DNA of 14,910 nucleotides from Candidatus Methylomirabilis sp. (GTDB lineage Bacteria; Methylomirabilota; Methylomirabilia; Methylomirabilales; Methylomirabilaceae): NCBI GenBank assembly GCA_041498975.1, contig JBGQJI010000055.1, positions 1 to 14,910 of the forward strand, read 5' to 3'. Shown piece by piece: positions 7,367 to 14,910 of this stretch (position 1 is its first letter; each line of letters starts with the position of its first letter). The notes under the pieces were generated by a model. It saw only the letters and a program-made list of their open reading frames with translations, ran no database searches and was not told where the DNA came from. The position numbers and the translations under genes were made by a program.

Positions 7367-9718
7367 TTATACGGGTGTGTGGCCGCCGCCATCCCGTCGC
7401 ACGAGCGGGAAGTCATCCGCGACTTCTCGGTCATCAGGATGGGGCTCGCCAGTGGGATCGGAGAGGCTCTGGTAGTAGTAGTTGTAGTAGTATGGGTAGC
7501 CGTTTCCTCTGATGTCGAGGTTGTTCAGGACCGTGCCGAGGACTGTGGCATTGAGTTCGATGAGGTTTTTCAGGGCGCGCTGGATCATCTCGCGAGGCGT
7601 GTGTCCCGCGCGGACGACCAGGACGACCGCCTTGGCCACGGTGGAAAGGATCAGCGCATCGGCAACCCCCAGCACGGGAGGGGAGTCCATGATGACGTAG
7701 TCGAACCGTTGAGAAAGGAGCTCGATCGTTTCCTTCATCCGTAAGGATGCCAGGAGCTCCGCCGGGTTTACCGGGATCGTCCCTGCAGGCAGAAAGTAAA
7801 GGTGCGGCATCACCGTTCGCTTGATGGTCGAGGCCAGCTCGACATGGCCGGTCAGATAGTCCGACAGACCAGGCTGGAGTTGCACTTGCAAGAACTTGTG
7901 GCACGTCGAGCGTCGCATGTCGCCGTCGATGAGCAAGACGGCGCCGCCTAACTGGGAGAGGGTGATGGCGGTGTTGATGGATGCCCCGGTCTTTCCCTCC
8001 GATGGCTGAGCGCTGGTGAAGAGGATCGATTTCGGGGGGGATCCAGGGGAGGAGAAGAGGATCGACGTCCTCAGACCCCTGAACGCTTCCGTGAGAATCG
8101 AGCGCAGGTCACGGTGGGCGATCAACTCAAAGACGGGCTTGCCGTCCTGGTGTCCCTTGATTGCCTTGCGAGTGGTTGCAGCGGAAAGCGCCGGGATCAG
8201 CGCCAGGCTGGGGATCCCCAGCGCCCGCTCCAGATCCTGCGGGCTCTTCACGGTGTTGTCCAGGTAGTTGAAGAAAAAGGCCATGCCGATCCCAGCGGTC
8301 AGGCCCAAGATGATGCCAAGCAGCACGTTCCGAGACCTGTTCGGGCTGTATGGGCCCCCCGGGGGCTCGGCCATGTCAACAATCTGGACGTTGCTGGTCG
8401 CCAAGCCTAGCGACACCCCTGCCTGTTTCTGACGCTCAAGCAGACTCACGTAGAGCTGGCGATTGGTATCGACCTCACGCTTGATGATGTCGTACTGGGC
8501 GAAATCTTGGTTCAACTTGATCACGAGACGCTTCTGCTCATCCACTGCGTTCTCCAGCAATCTCTCCTTCCGCACTCCCGCTTCGTACTCCTGCTTGATG
8601 GCGTCAACGACGCGCCGGATCTCCGTGTCTAGCCGCCGCTTCAGTTGAGTGATCCCTTCGCGCATGCGGACCATCTTCGGGTAGTCGGGCTTGAACGTTT
8701 CGGTGAGGCGCTGGTATTCGCTGTCGAGTTTGTAGTACTCGGTCTTCAGGTTGGAGATCAGATCGTTCTCGAGGACCACAGGGATTGACTCGAACCCCAT
8801 GCCTTGGCTCTGGCGGTACAGAGCCTCCTTGGTGATCCGCTCGCCCTGGGCTCTTGTCAGCGCCTCGCTCAGGTCAGCCAGCTTCGTGGTGACGATGTCC
8901 TTCTTTTCACCAATGGTCAAGATCCCCTTTTCGTTCGCAAAGGCGTGGAGCTTCGCCTCCGATTGCTCCAGTTTCACCAGGACCCCTTGGAGTTGCTTGG
9001 AGAGCCACTCACCGGCCTGGATGGTTGCGTTGTATTTAAGCTCGAGGGTCTGATCGATGAAGGCCTTGGCCCAGGTGTTCGCGAAGCGGGCCGACAATTG
9101 AGGCGATGGAGTGGTAAACGTGACTTTCACCAGATTTGAGGACTTGACGGGCTCGATCGTCAGCATGCCTGACAGGTGATCGGCCAGGCGGGACTCGGCC
9201 TGCTGCGCGGCCGGCCCCGGATCGCTCGCCTGCGAAGCGACTGAGCTCTGTCGTCTGAAAAGACTCCTGAGCCAGGAGGCGAGAAGACGACTCTTCACTT
9301 CATTGGACGTGGAGGGCTCTTGAGCCGCCGCGATCGGCTGGCCGCTTGCCTTGAGCGTCTCTGCGACCCGCTTGGCAAGGCTCCGGCTTTGCAGGAGCCT
9401 CTGTTGCGTGCCCATGAATTCGGGGTCATAGAGGTGGGTCACAGGAGAGCCGATCTCTTGAAACGAGAGGATCTGGGGGCGTTCTCGATCGATCTTGATG
9501 GTGGCGCTGGCCCGGTAGGTGGAAGGAAGGGTGACGGTGTAGATCGTGACGGTCGTGGCGATGATGATGAAGAAGGTGAGAACGGTCCACCGGTGTTTGA
9601 AAATGATCTGCCAATAGTCGAGGAGGTGAACCTCTTTTTCTTCAGGGAGGTAGTACCGCTGCAAGAGGAGGTCGCGGGGGCTTGGCCGACCTTCATCCGA
9701 TTTTGCTATAGCGTCCAT
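7367..9718 (-). CDS. wzc: Polysaccharide co-polymerase / BY tyrosine autokinase (Wzc/GumC family)
   Basis: Wzz-like N-terminus (LLDYWQIIFKHRW + TM), coiled-coil periplasmic region, second TM, EAFRGLRTSI, Walker A TSAQPSEGKT, A' LIDGDMR, B VIMDSPP, Tyr cluster YPYYYNYYY. Confidence 0.95.
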   Translation of the reverse strand: MDAIAKSDEGRPSPRDLLLQRYYLPEEKEVHLLDYWQIIFKHRWTVLTFFIIIATTVTIYTVTLPSTYRASATIKIDRERPQILSFQEIGSPVTHLYDPEFMGTQQRLLQSRSLAKRVAETLKASGQPIAAAQEPSTSNEVKSRLLASWLRSLFRRQSSVASQASDPGPAAQQAESRLADHLSGMLTIEPVKSSNLVKVTFTTPSPQLSARFANTWAKAFIDQTLELKYNATIQAGEWLSKQLQGVLVKLEQSEAKLHAFANEKGILTIGEKKDIVTTKLADLSEALTRAQGERITKEALYRQSQGMGFESIPVVLENDLISNLKTEYYKLDSEYQRLTETFKPDYPKMVRMREGITQLKRRLDTEIRRVVDAIKQEYEAGVRKERLLENAVDEQKRLVIKLNQDFAQYDIIKREVDTNRQLYVSLLERQKQAGVSLGLATSNVQIVDMAEPPGGPYSPNRSRNVLLGIILGLTAGIGMAFFFNYLDNTVKSPQDLERALGIPSLALIPALSAATTRKAIKGHQDGKPVFELIAHRDLRSILTEAFRGLRTSILFSSPGSPPKSILFTSAQPSEGKTGASINTAITLSQLGGAVLLIDGDMRRSTCHKFLQVQLQPGLSDYLTGHVELASTIKRTVMPHLYFLPAGTIPVNPAELLASLRMKETIELLSQRFDYVIMDSPPVLGVADALILSTVAKAVVLVVRAGHTPREMIQRALKNLIELNATVLGTVLNNLDIRGNGYPYYYNYYYQSLSDPTGEPHPDDREVADDFPLVRRDGGGHTPV

Positions 9719-9794
9719 GCGCGAGAGCCGCCTCCTTTACTGTGCACTGGCGCCGAACTCGAGCGCTATCCCCTGCCGATTTGGAGAGCGTTGC

Positions 9795-10835
9795 TCAGAA
9801 CGTGGCCGTTGATGAGAGCCCGACTCCGACTCGGATCACCGATTTGAAGAATTCAAGTGCCCCGTAGAAAAATGCTTTTGGCCCGCTTGTCCCAACGAAG
9901 ACCACATCGTTCTTCTGGAGAACCATACCAGGTTTCGCTTCCTTCGCGAGTTGCTCCAAGTTGAGCTGGTACACCTCGTTCTTAGGGCCACCGGCGTCCC
10001 GAAGGATCTGGATGTTCGTCACGTCGGCCTCGTCGCTGAGACCTCCTCCAAGAAAGATCGCCTGATCGACGGTGAGCTTTCCTTTGATAGCGTATGCCCC
10101 GGGCTTCTTGACCGCGCCGCCCAGGTAGAATTCCCCGGACTTGGGCACGCTGATAACGTCTCCCGACCCGACTTTGAAATTCATCGAGGGATCTTGGCCG
10201 CCTAAGAGCTGCTCCAGATCGATCTTGAGCAATTCCCCCGTAGTCGAGACCCCATTGCCCGCGCTGGCGGTCTTCCTCAAGATATAGACCACCTTATCTG
10301 CGCTTGGAGAGAGACCTCCTGCCTGAGCCAGCATATCAGTGAGCGTCCGCTTCTCGCTTACCTCGTAGACCCCGGGCTTGTTCACCTCGCCCAGGACGGC
10401 GACACGCTGGCTCCTGTACTCCTCGATGAAGACGCTCACCTGGGGATCGTGCACGTATTTCGCGCCGAGCCGGTCGGCGATTTCGCCCTCCAGTTGCCGG
10501 GCGGTCAGCCCCCTGATTTTGACAGTGCCAACCAGCGGCAGCCTGATGAACCCTTCTGCTCCGACTCGCACCTTCACTTTCTCCAGTTCGCTGACGTCGA
10601 GCGCCGAGATGACGAGGAGATCCCCCGCCCCGATGATATAATCGACTCCTGCTCCATCTTCCTGGGACGTGCCGCTGATGATCTTGCTGTTCAGCGTCAC
10701 ATTTCCAACCTGCTCGGAGGATTTCGATGCAGACGCCATGGCCATCAGGGTTTCTTTGGACGGGCCATTCGTGGCGCACCCTGCCAGCAACATCCCCATT
10801 CCTACAGTGCAGACGAGGTAGATCCGTTTCGTCAT
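9795..10835 (-). CDS. wza: Polysaccharide export lipoprotein (Wza/OPX, Poly_export + SLBB domains)
   Basis: Lipobox LLAGC, DYIIGAGDLL...GFIRLPLVGTVKIRGLT, V.VLGEVNKPGVY and YLGGAVKKPGAY SLBB repeats, amphipathic C-terminal helix. Confidence 0.93.
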   Translation of the reverse strand: MTKRIYLVCTVGMGMLLAGCATNGPSKETLMAMASASKSSEQVGNVTLNSKIISGTSQEDGAGVDYIIGAGDLLVISALDVSELEKVKVRVGAEGFIRLPLVGTVKIRGLTARQLEGEIADRLGAKYVHDPQVSVFIEEYRSQRVAVLGEVNKPGVYEVSEKRTLTDMLAQAGGLSPSADKVVYILRKTASAGNGVSTTGELLKIDLEQLLGGQDPSMNFKVGSGDVISVPKSGEFYLGGAVKKPGAYAIKGKLTVDQAIFLGGGLSDEADVTNIQILRDAGGPKNEVYQLNLEQLAKEAKPGMVLQKNDVVFVGTSGPKAFFYGALEFFKSVIRVGVGLSSTATF

Positions 10836-10883
10836 AGGCTCAGACCCAGAAAAGATTCCGTTCCACCAAACGCGACGCGCTGA

Positions 10884-12245
10884 CTACGGAGTAGATGTGC
10901 TGGCATTCTGGGAAATCGAGACAGCCGCCGCAAGACCGCCTCCGAGGAGCGCCAGCCCGATAAGGAGCCCACCCCCGACTGCGCCGCCTCCGATAGCCCC
11001 AATCCCGGCCCCGGCGACCCCTGGCGCGAGCGCGAGGACCGGCGCCGCGCCGCAAAGCGCGACAGCCTCTGTGAGTCTATTATCGCGGAGCGTGTCGTCG
11101 GGGAGAAGGTAACCGGCGTATGCGGCGTTGACAGTGAAGACCGGCCTAACACTAGGCGGGGCATTCGGCGGCAGCTTCACGGAAGGGGGCGGATTCGTCA
11201 GCGGCGGGGTGATGTCCGGCGACGAGACGAAAGCTCCATCTTGAGCAATGTAGCCGACGCTCTTCCCGGACTGATCATAGACCGGAATGCGGCGGCACTC
11301 GCACCGAAGCGGTCCGGCCTCGGTAAGAGTGGGGCCGAAGAGATTTCCGACGTATGTTGGCTCCACCGTGAAGATCGGGGTGGCATCGGGCCGAGTGGCC
11401 TCGGGGGGGATCGTGCCCGCCGGCACGGGGGTTGTTAGGTTACGCGTGATCCCTGGGGACGCCGTGAAGGAGCCATCAAAGCCGCAGTAGCCCAGGCTTC
11501 TTCCCGATTGATCATACACAGGAATCGTGGCGACAGAGGGGGATACCTCTCTGGGTGCTCCCCCTGAAGGAGGAAGAGCCTGGGCGAGCAGCGCTGTGAA
11601 TGAGGGGTCGCTTTCACCGACCTGCGGGATATAGACGCTCTGGCCGGTCTTGATAATGTGAAGGCCGGGATCGTTCAGCGGCTTCGCGAGCATTTCGCCT
11701 TGTCGCATTCCGAGGCGGGAGCCCCCTCGAAGGTTGACGATGACCTCCCCCATCCGGTCGAACGAATTGGGGGTGGCCGCGCCCACCCTTGTGACAGCGG
11801 GGCCCTTCACCGGGTCGCTCGGGAGGGCCCGGTATCGGACGCTCGGAGTCACAAGAACTGTCTGGGAGGGAGGCGGGGTCCTGAAGAGGACTTGACCCAC
11901 GGCGATCTTCACCACCGGAGCCGTCCTCGACCCGGAGATCTCGATGACACTCCGGGGCTGGAGTTCGAGTTGGGTCCCGTCTTTAAGGAGAGCGGAAGCA
12001 ACCCCGTCCCCGGTCCGGATCACCGTTCCTTCATACACCGGGTTGGAAGAATGCCCGAGGGTAGTCCATTGTTTGCCATCCAGCGTAATGTGCGCCTCTT
12101 TCGACCCGGTGGCCAGGCCGAGGGGCAGCTCAAGCGACTGAGCAAACAAGGGCGTACCGGAACCCGTGGACCATATCAAGAACGCAACAAGGGTAGTGAA
12201 GGCCCCACAGGCTCGGAAGGATCGTGACTTGCGAAGGCTACGCAT
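10884..12245 (-). CDS. Hypothetical exported protein: FecR-like N-terminal region, ~60-aa tandem repeat, C-terminal Gly/Ala-rich TM
   Basis: SD GAGG, signal peptide ending ...PLFA/QS, VYEGTVIRTGDGVASALLKDGTQLELQPRS FecR-like strand pattern, two IPVYDQSG repeats, C-terminal hydrophobic Gly-rich anchor. Confidence 0.75.
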   Translation of the reverse strand: MRSLRKSRSFRACGAFTTLVAFLIWSTGSGTPLFAQSLELPLGLATGSKEAHITLDGKQWTTLGHSSNPVYEGTVIRTGDGVASALLKDGTQLELQPRSVIEISGSRTAPVVKIAVGQVLFRTPPPSQTVLVTPSVRYRALPSDPVKGPAVTRVGAATPNSFDRMGEVIVNLRGGSRLGMRQGEMLAKPLNDPGLHIIKTGQSVYIPQVGESDPSFTALLAQALPPSGGAPREVSPSVATIPVYDQSGRSLGYCGFDGSFTASPGITRNLTTPVPAGTIPPEATRPDATPIFTVEPTYVGNLFGPTLTEAGPLRCECRRIPVYDQSGKSVGYIAQDGAFVSSPDITPPLTNPPPSVKLPPNAPPSVRPVFTVNAAYAGYLLPDDTLRDNRLTEAVALCGAAPVLALAPGVAGAGIGAIGGGAVGGGLLIGLALLGGGLAAAVSISQNASTSTP

Positions 12246-12361
12246 TGTCCGCCTCTTGTGGCTAAAGTTTGATACAAAAAGTCACGCTGAAGGAATGGGT
12301 ATCAGATAAGTTCTTAAAAGTCAAGCGTTTATTGGAGATTTGGTTTGCTGGAGTTTGCTTA

Positions 12362-12379
12362 TAGCATTTAGAGTGCCAA
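12362..12379 (-). promoter_or_regulatory. Sigma-54 (-24/-12) promoter of the EPS export operon
   Basis: Minus strand TTGGCACTCTAAATGCTA: TGGCAC-N6-TGC with the GG/GC spacing of the TGGCACGNNNNTTGC consensus, ~117 bp upstream of ATG 12245. Confidence 0.7.
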
Positions 12380-12689
12380 CGTTCGTGAGGAGGCTGAGAA
12401 GAGATCTTTCGGGAGAGTGGAGAATTGCTCTCAGGAGGATGCATCTCGTCGCTACCCGAATATGCTGCTTGCAACCTTTCTGGTTCAAAAACGGGCGCAG
12501 GAACAAGGGGGAGCAAGAGTGTGCGAAACAAGCGGCGGGCCGGGTATCTCGGTGATCGGAGCCCCCGGCGTGGCTTGTCCGGGGACGTGGGGCTTTGTTG
12601 TGGGGCGGCTACACATGAGGCGTGCTGGGGAGGACCCCAGCCTCAGGGAGAGTGGGGACAGGGCGGTCTTCTCCGCCTCCTGGCCTTTC

Positions 12690-12913
12690 GGTATCTCTGC
12701 GAAGCGAAAGCGGGGCTTGACATTGTAGAACTGCTTGCGCGCCACCTCGACATACGGATAGATGAAGTAGTTCAGCGGGCCGGTCGTGTGGCCCTCTCCC
12801 AGCTCCAGGTCTCGCCCGATAGTGAACTGAATCCCATCGGCCGGGGAGGTGCCGAAGTAGAGATCTCGACGGTCCTTATGCTTCCAGACTTCAGATCACG
12901 CTGCGGATACCCA
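12690..12913 (-). pseudogene. Remnant of the 3' end of a transglutaminase-like domain protein gene
   Basis: Manual translation WVSAA*SEVWKHKDRRDLYFGTSPADGIQFTIGRDLELGEGHTTGPLNYFIYPYVEVARKQFYNVKPRFRFAE resembles, from memory, the WVPVD.SEAWKH...YFG...FT.GRDL.L...PLNYF.YPYVEV tail of bacterial transglutaminase-like proteins. In-frame TGA at 12896-12898; no start or N-terminal part. Confidence 0.6.
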
Positions 12914-13017
12914 ATGCGCGCCTCCCACACATCCCGACGCGCCCCTGCCTGTCTCTTTGAGAAGCACCCGGGGCGCCAGTTTCAGTCTCCGACGGGGACG
13001 TCATACGGGTTTGTCCA

Positions 13018-13836
13018 CTAGTTGATTTCCACCGGCCTGCCATCTTTATCAAAACCATACCGAGGTTTCTTGATCCACGTACCACCTTCCTTCTGTGGCT
13101 CCTTGTGAATCCGGGTATCAGTGACTACAAGTTTGCCGTCCTTCTCATTGACCCAGAAATCGAGGTCATAGAGCTTTTGCGGCTCTCCCTTGACACGAAA
13201 ATCGGTACATGCAAAGTAACCTTGTTTCGTATGGGTCACGGGATCGTGAATCTTGACGAACTCGAGGGCGAGGTCTTGGCCGGTCTTCTCATCCTTGATC
13301 TTGAATACGCCGCCCCCTTCGTTCTCCTTCTGGGCGATATGCTCGTGCATGGCGGCCTTGATCACCCAGGCCTTTTTCTCCTCCGTCTCGCCGGGGTGTT
13401 CCTGAGCTACCGCCCACCACCACGGCAGGGGATCGGTGCGCACCTGCACCCATTCATCCCCCTCCTTCTTCGGATATCGGTGCGTCTTGATGTCCATGAG
13501 GACGAGCTGGTCGTCCTGAGGCTTGACCCAAAAATCGATGTCGTAGAGCTTTTCGGGCTCGCCCTGAGCACGGAAGTCAACGCTGCCGAAGTAGCCGTGC
13601 CCCGTGATCCCTCGGATGAAGCGGACCCTCACGAACTCCAGAGACAGCAGTTCGCCGGTCCTCTCATCTGTGAACTTGAAGACGCCGCCCCCTTCTTTGA
13701 CCTTGGCGGCGATGATCTCCTCGATCTTGGCCTTGACATCCGCTGGCGTGAACTCCTTGCCCGCCATGCTCGTCCCGCTCACGAAGGCGGCGACGACTGC
13801 CAGCGCAATAGCGGAGCTAACTCGCAGGTACCGCAT
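13018..13836 (-). CDS. Hypothetical secreted protein with two tandem copies of a ~100-aa domain (272 aa)
   Basis: ATG 13836 with GGAGG SD, Sec signal MRYLRVSSAIALAVVAAFVSGTSMA, two repeats of EGGGVFK..DE.TG..L.LEFV...GYF...DFR..GEP.KLYD.DFWV. Confidence 0.85.
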   Translation of the reverse strand: MRYLRVSSAIALAVVAAFVSGTSMAGKEFTPADVKAKIEEIIAAKVKEGGGVFKFTDERTGELLSLEFVRVRFIRGITGHGYFGSVDFRAQGEPEKLYDIDFWVKPQDDQLVLMDIKTHRYPKKEGDEWVQVRTDPLPWWWAVAQEHPGETEEKKAWVIKAAMHEHIAQKENEGGGVFKIKDEKTGQDLALEFVKIHDPVTHTKQGYFACTDFRVKGEPQKLYDLDFWVNEKDGKLVVTDTRIHKEPQKEGGTWIKKPRYGFDKDGRPVEIN

Positions 13837-14039
13837 TGCAACTTCCCTCCCTCGCCCCTCGGGCGATTGAACGCTCATACCTCTTCGCCGTTTCATTACG
13901 GCGTGAGTGACACCACATCCGGTCCAACCTGAAGACCTTGCGCCGAACTGTGTTGAATCCAGAGCGGGGTTGGGACCCAGGCCGTCTCGAGGTCGAACGG
14001 TTGCCGCACGTGCAGCGGTGACCAATACGACCTTGGACT

Positions 14040-14068
14040 ATCCTAGGGGGTTTCCTCGGAGTATTCAA
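14040..14068 (-). promoter_or_regulatory. Putative sigma-70 promoter for the 13836 gene
   Basis: Minus strand TTGAAT-N17-TAGGAT. Confidence 0.45.
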
Positions 14069-14098
14069 GGATAAACCCCAGCCCTTTCAGCAGATTGG

Positions 14099-14133
14099 GT
14101 AAATTTTCTCGTAAATTTCTCTTAAATTTCATC
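14099..14133. promoter_or_regulatory. Three tandem AT-rich direct repeats, putative transcription-factor site
   Basis: GTAAATTTTCTC GTAAATTTCTC TTAAATTTCATC, 11-12 bp period. Confidence 0.5.
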
Positions 14134-14208
14134 CGAAATAGCGGAACCCACCATCTCGAGTCTTGGTCGGATGGGCGGGCAGGTGGCTGCCTGGGATTTG
14201 GATTTTGG

Positions 14209-14238
14209 TTGCGCGTGGGTTACATCTTCCAGTATAGT
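14209..14238 (+). promoter_or_regulatory. Sigma-70 promoter of tRNA-Glu
   Basis: TTGCGC-N18-TATAGT followed by GC-rich discriminator AGGCGCGG, 32 nt before the tRNA. Confidence 0.6.
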
Positions 14239-14270
14239 AGGCGCGGTTTTCCCTGCCTCACAAGCCAACT

Positions 14271-14346
14271 GGCCCCATCGTCTAGTGGCCTAGGACGCGG
14301 CCCTCTCAAGGCCGAAACACGGGTTCGAGTCCCGTTGGGGCCACCA
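14271..14346 (+). tRNA. tRNA-Glu (anticodon CTC)
   Basis: Acceptor stem GGCCCCA/TGGGGCC, D-loop TAGTGG, anticodon arm CGGCC-CT-CTC-AA-GGCCG, T arm GGTTCGAGTCC, encoded CCA; 76 nt. Confidence 0.98.
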
Positions 14347-14693
14347 ATCTCTTCAACCGATCAACTCTCCCTTGTCCCTCGCTCTAGGATCAAAGCAGCC
14401 ACCAGACTGCTGGGACGCATTCTCGATGAGCTTGCCTGTCAACTCCGTAGGCACTTGGGCAGTGATTACTTGCCGCTTAGCTTGCCCGTGCCGTTGCCGA
14501 AGCACCCTGAATACCGAGTGGCCAGACGAGACGGCCTGTTCCCAAACCATGCTATCTTCCGGCGGGGCGACCGTCCTGTTGCTGTCCGTCTCCCCGCTTC
14601 GCGATGGTAGGACAGTCCCCTCCATCGGTACAGCCTGAGTACCTAAGCAAAGCCCATCGCGGCTGAGACATTAGCAGCGCGGAACGATTCTTA

Positions 14694-14722
14694 TTGACAA
14701 CCTCCACCGGAGTGCATATAAG
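14694..14722 (+). promoter_or_regulatory. Near-consensus sigma-70 promoter with no obvious target in the window
   Basis: TTGACA-N17-TATAAG. Confidence 0.45.
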
Positions 14723-14763
14723 ACGGAAAAGTCTTCACCCGTGCACTCCTATTGGTCTTTTGA

Positions 14764-14910
14764 CTAGTGCTTTCCCCGCGTGACCCGACGCGACGAGCGG
14801 CTCTCAGGGATCGAAGGAGGTGAGGCCGGAGCAGACGCAGCGGCGCCCCAGGCGGGACCCGGCGCGACAGGGGGGAGCGCCGGGGCAGCACGCCCACCCG
14901 GACACGGGAG
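14764..14910 (-). CDS. Possible 3' end of a gene entering from the right edge (Pro/Ala-rich tail)
   Basis: Open minus frame ...GWACCPGAPPVAPGPAWGAAASAPASPPSIPESRSSRRVTRGKH ending at TAG 14764-14766. No recognisable domain. Confidence 0.25.
   Translation of the reverse strand, partial: LPCPGGRAAPALPPVAPGPAWGAAASAPASPPSIPESRSSRRVTRGKH

Noticed and set aside
7470..7499. GTA triplet run as a microsatellite
   Set aside because: Encodes the Wzc C-terminal tyrosine cluster on the minus strand.
12896..12898. In-frame TGA as selenocysteine
   Set aside because: The surrounding frame is truncated and degenerate; a nonsense change in a pseudogene is simpler.
13837..14025. N-terminal 63-aa extension of the 335-aa ORF
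   Set aside because: ATG 13836 has an SD and begins a clean signal peptide.
14353..14625. 90-aa minus ORF after the tRNA
   Set aside because: No recognisable motif or clear SD; cannot be supported, although a small gene is not excluded.

Overview
GC-rich bacterial window with four parts. (1) 1-3860, + strand: an apparent operon encoding the C-terminal part of a C25 (gingipain/PorU-like) cysteine peptidase, an HPr-kinase-like P-loop kinase, a 161-aa protein and an NTP_transf_5-type nucleotidyltransferase. The 161-aa protein fuses a PqqD/RRE domain, an internal twin-arginine signal-like segment and a six-cysteine knottin-like (C-C-CC-C-C) peptide. This operon is the best candidate for an undescribed RiPP-like system. 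(2) 4212-12245, - strand: an exopolysaccharide export locus behind a sigma-54-type promoter (secreted repeat protein, Wza, Wzc, TPR+CBM protein), followed by a J-domain/TM/NTF2-like protein. Several palindromic REP-like repeats lie in the intergenic gaps. (3) 12690-13836, - strand: a secreted tandem-duplicated-domain protein followed by an eroded transglutaminase-like gene remnant. (4) tRNA-Glu(CTC) at 14271-14346 with its promoter, then poorly resolved sequence. All family calls come from motif recognition by eye; no searches were run.
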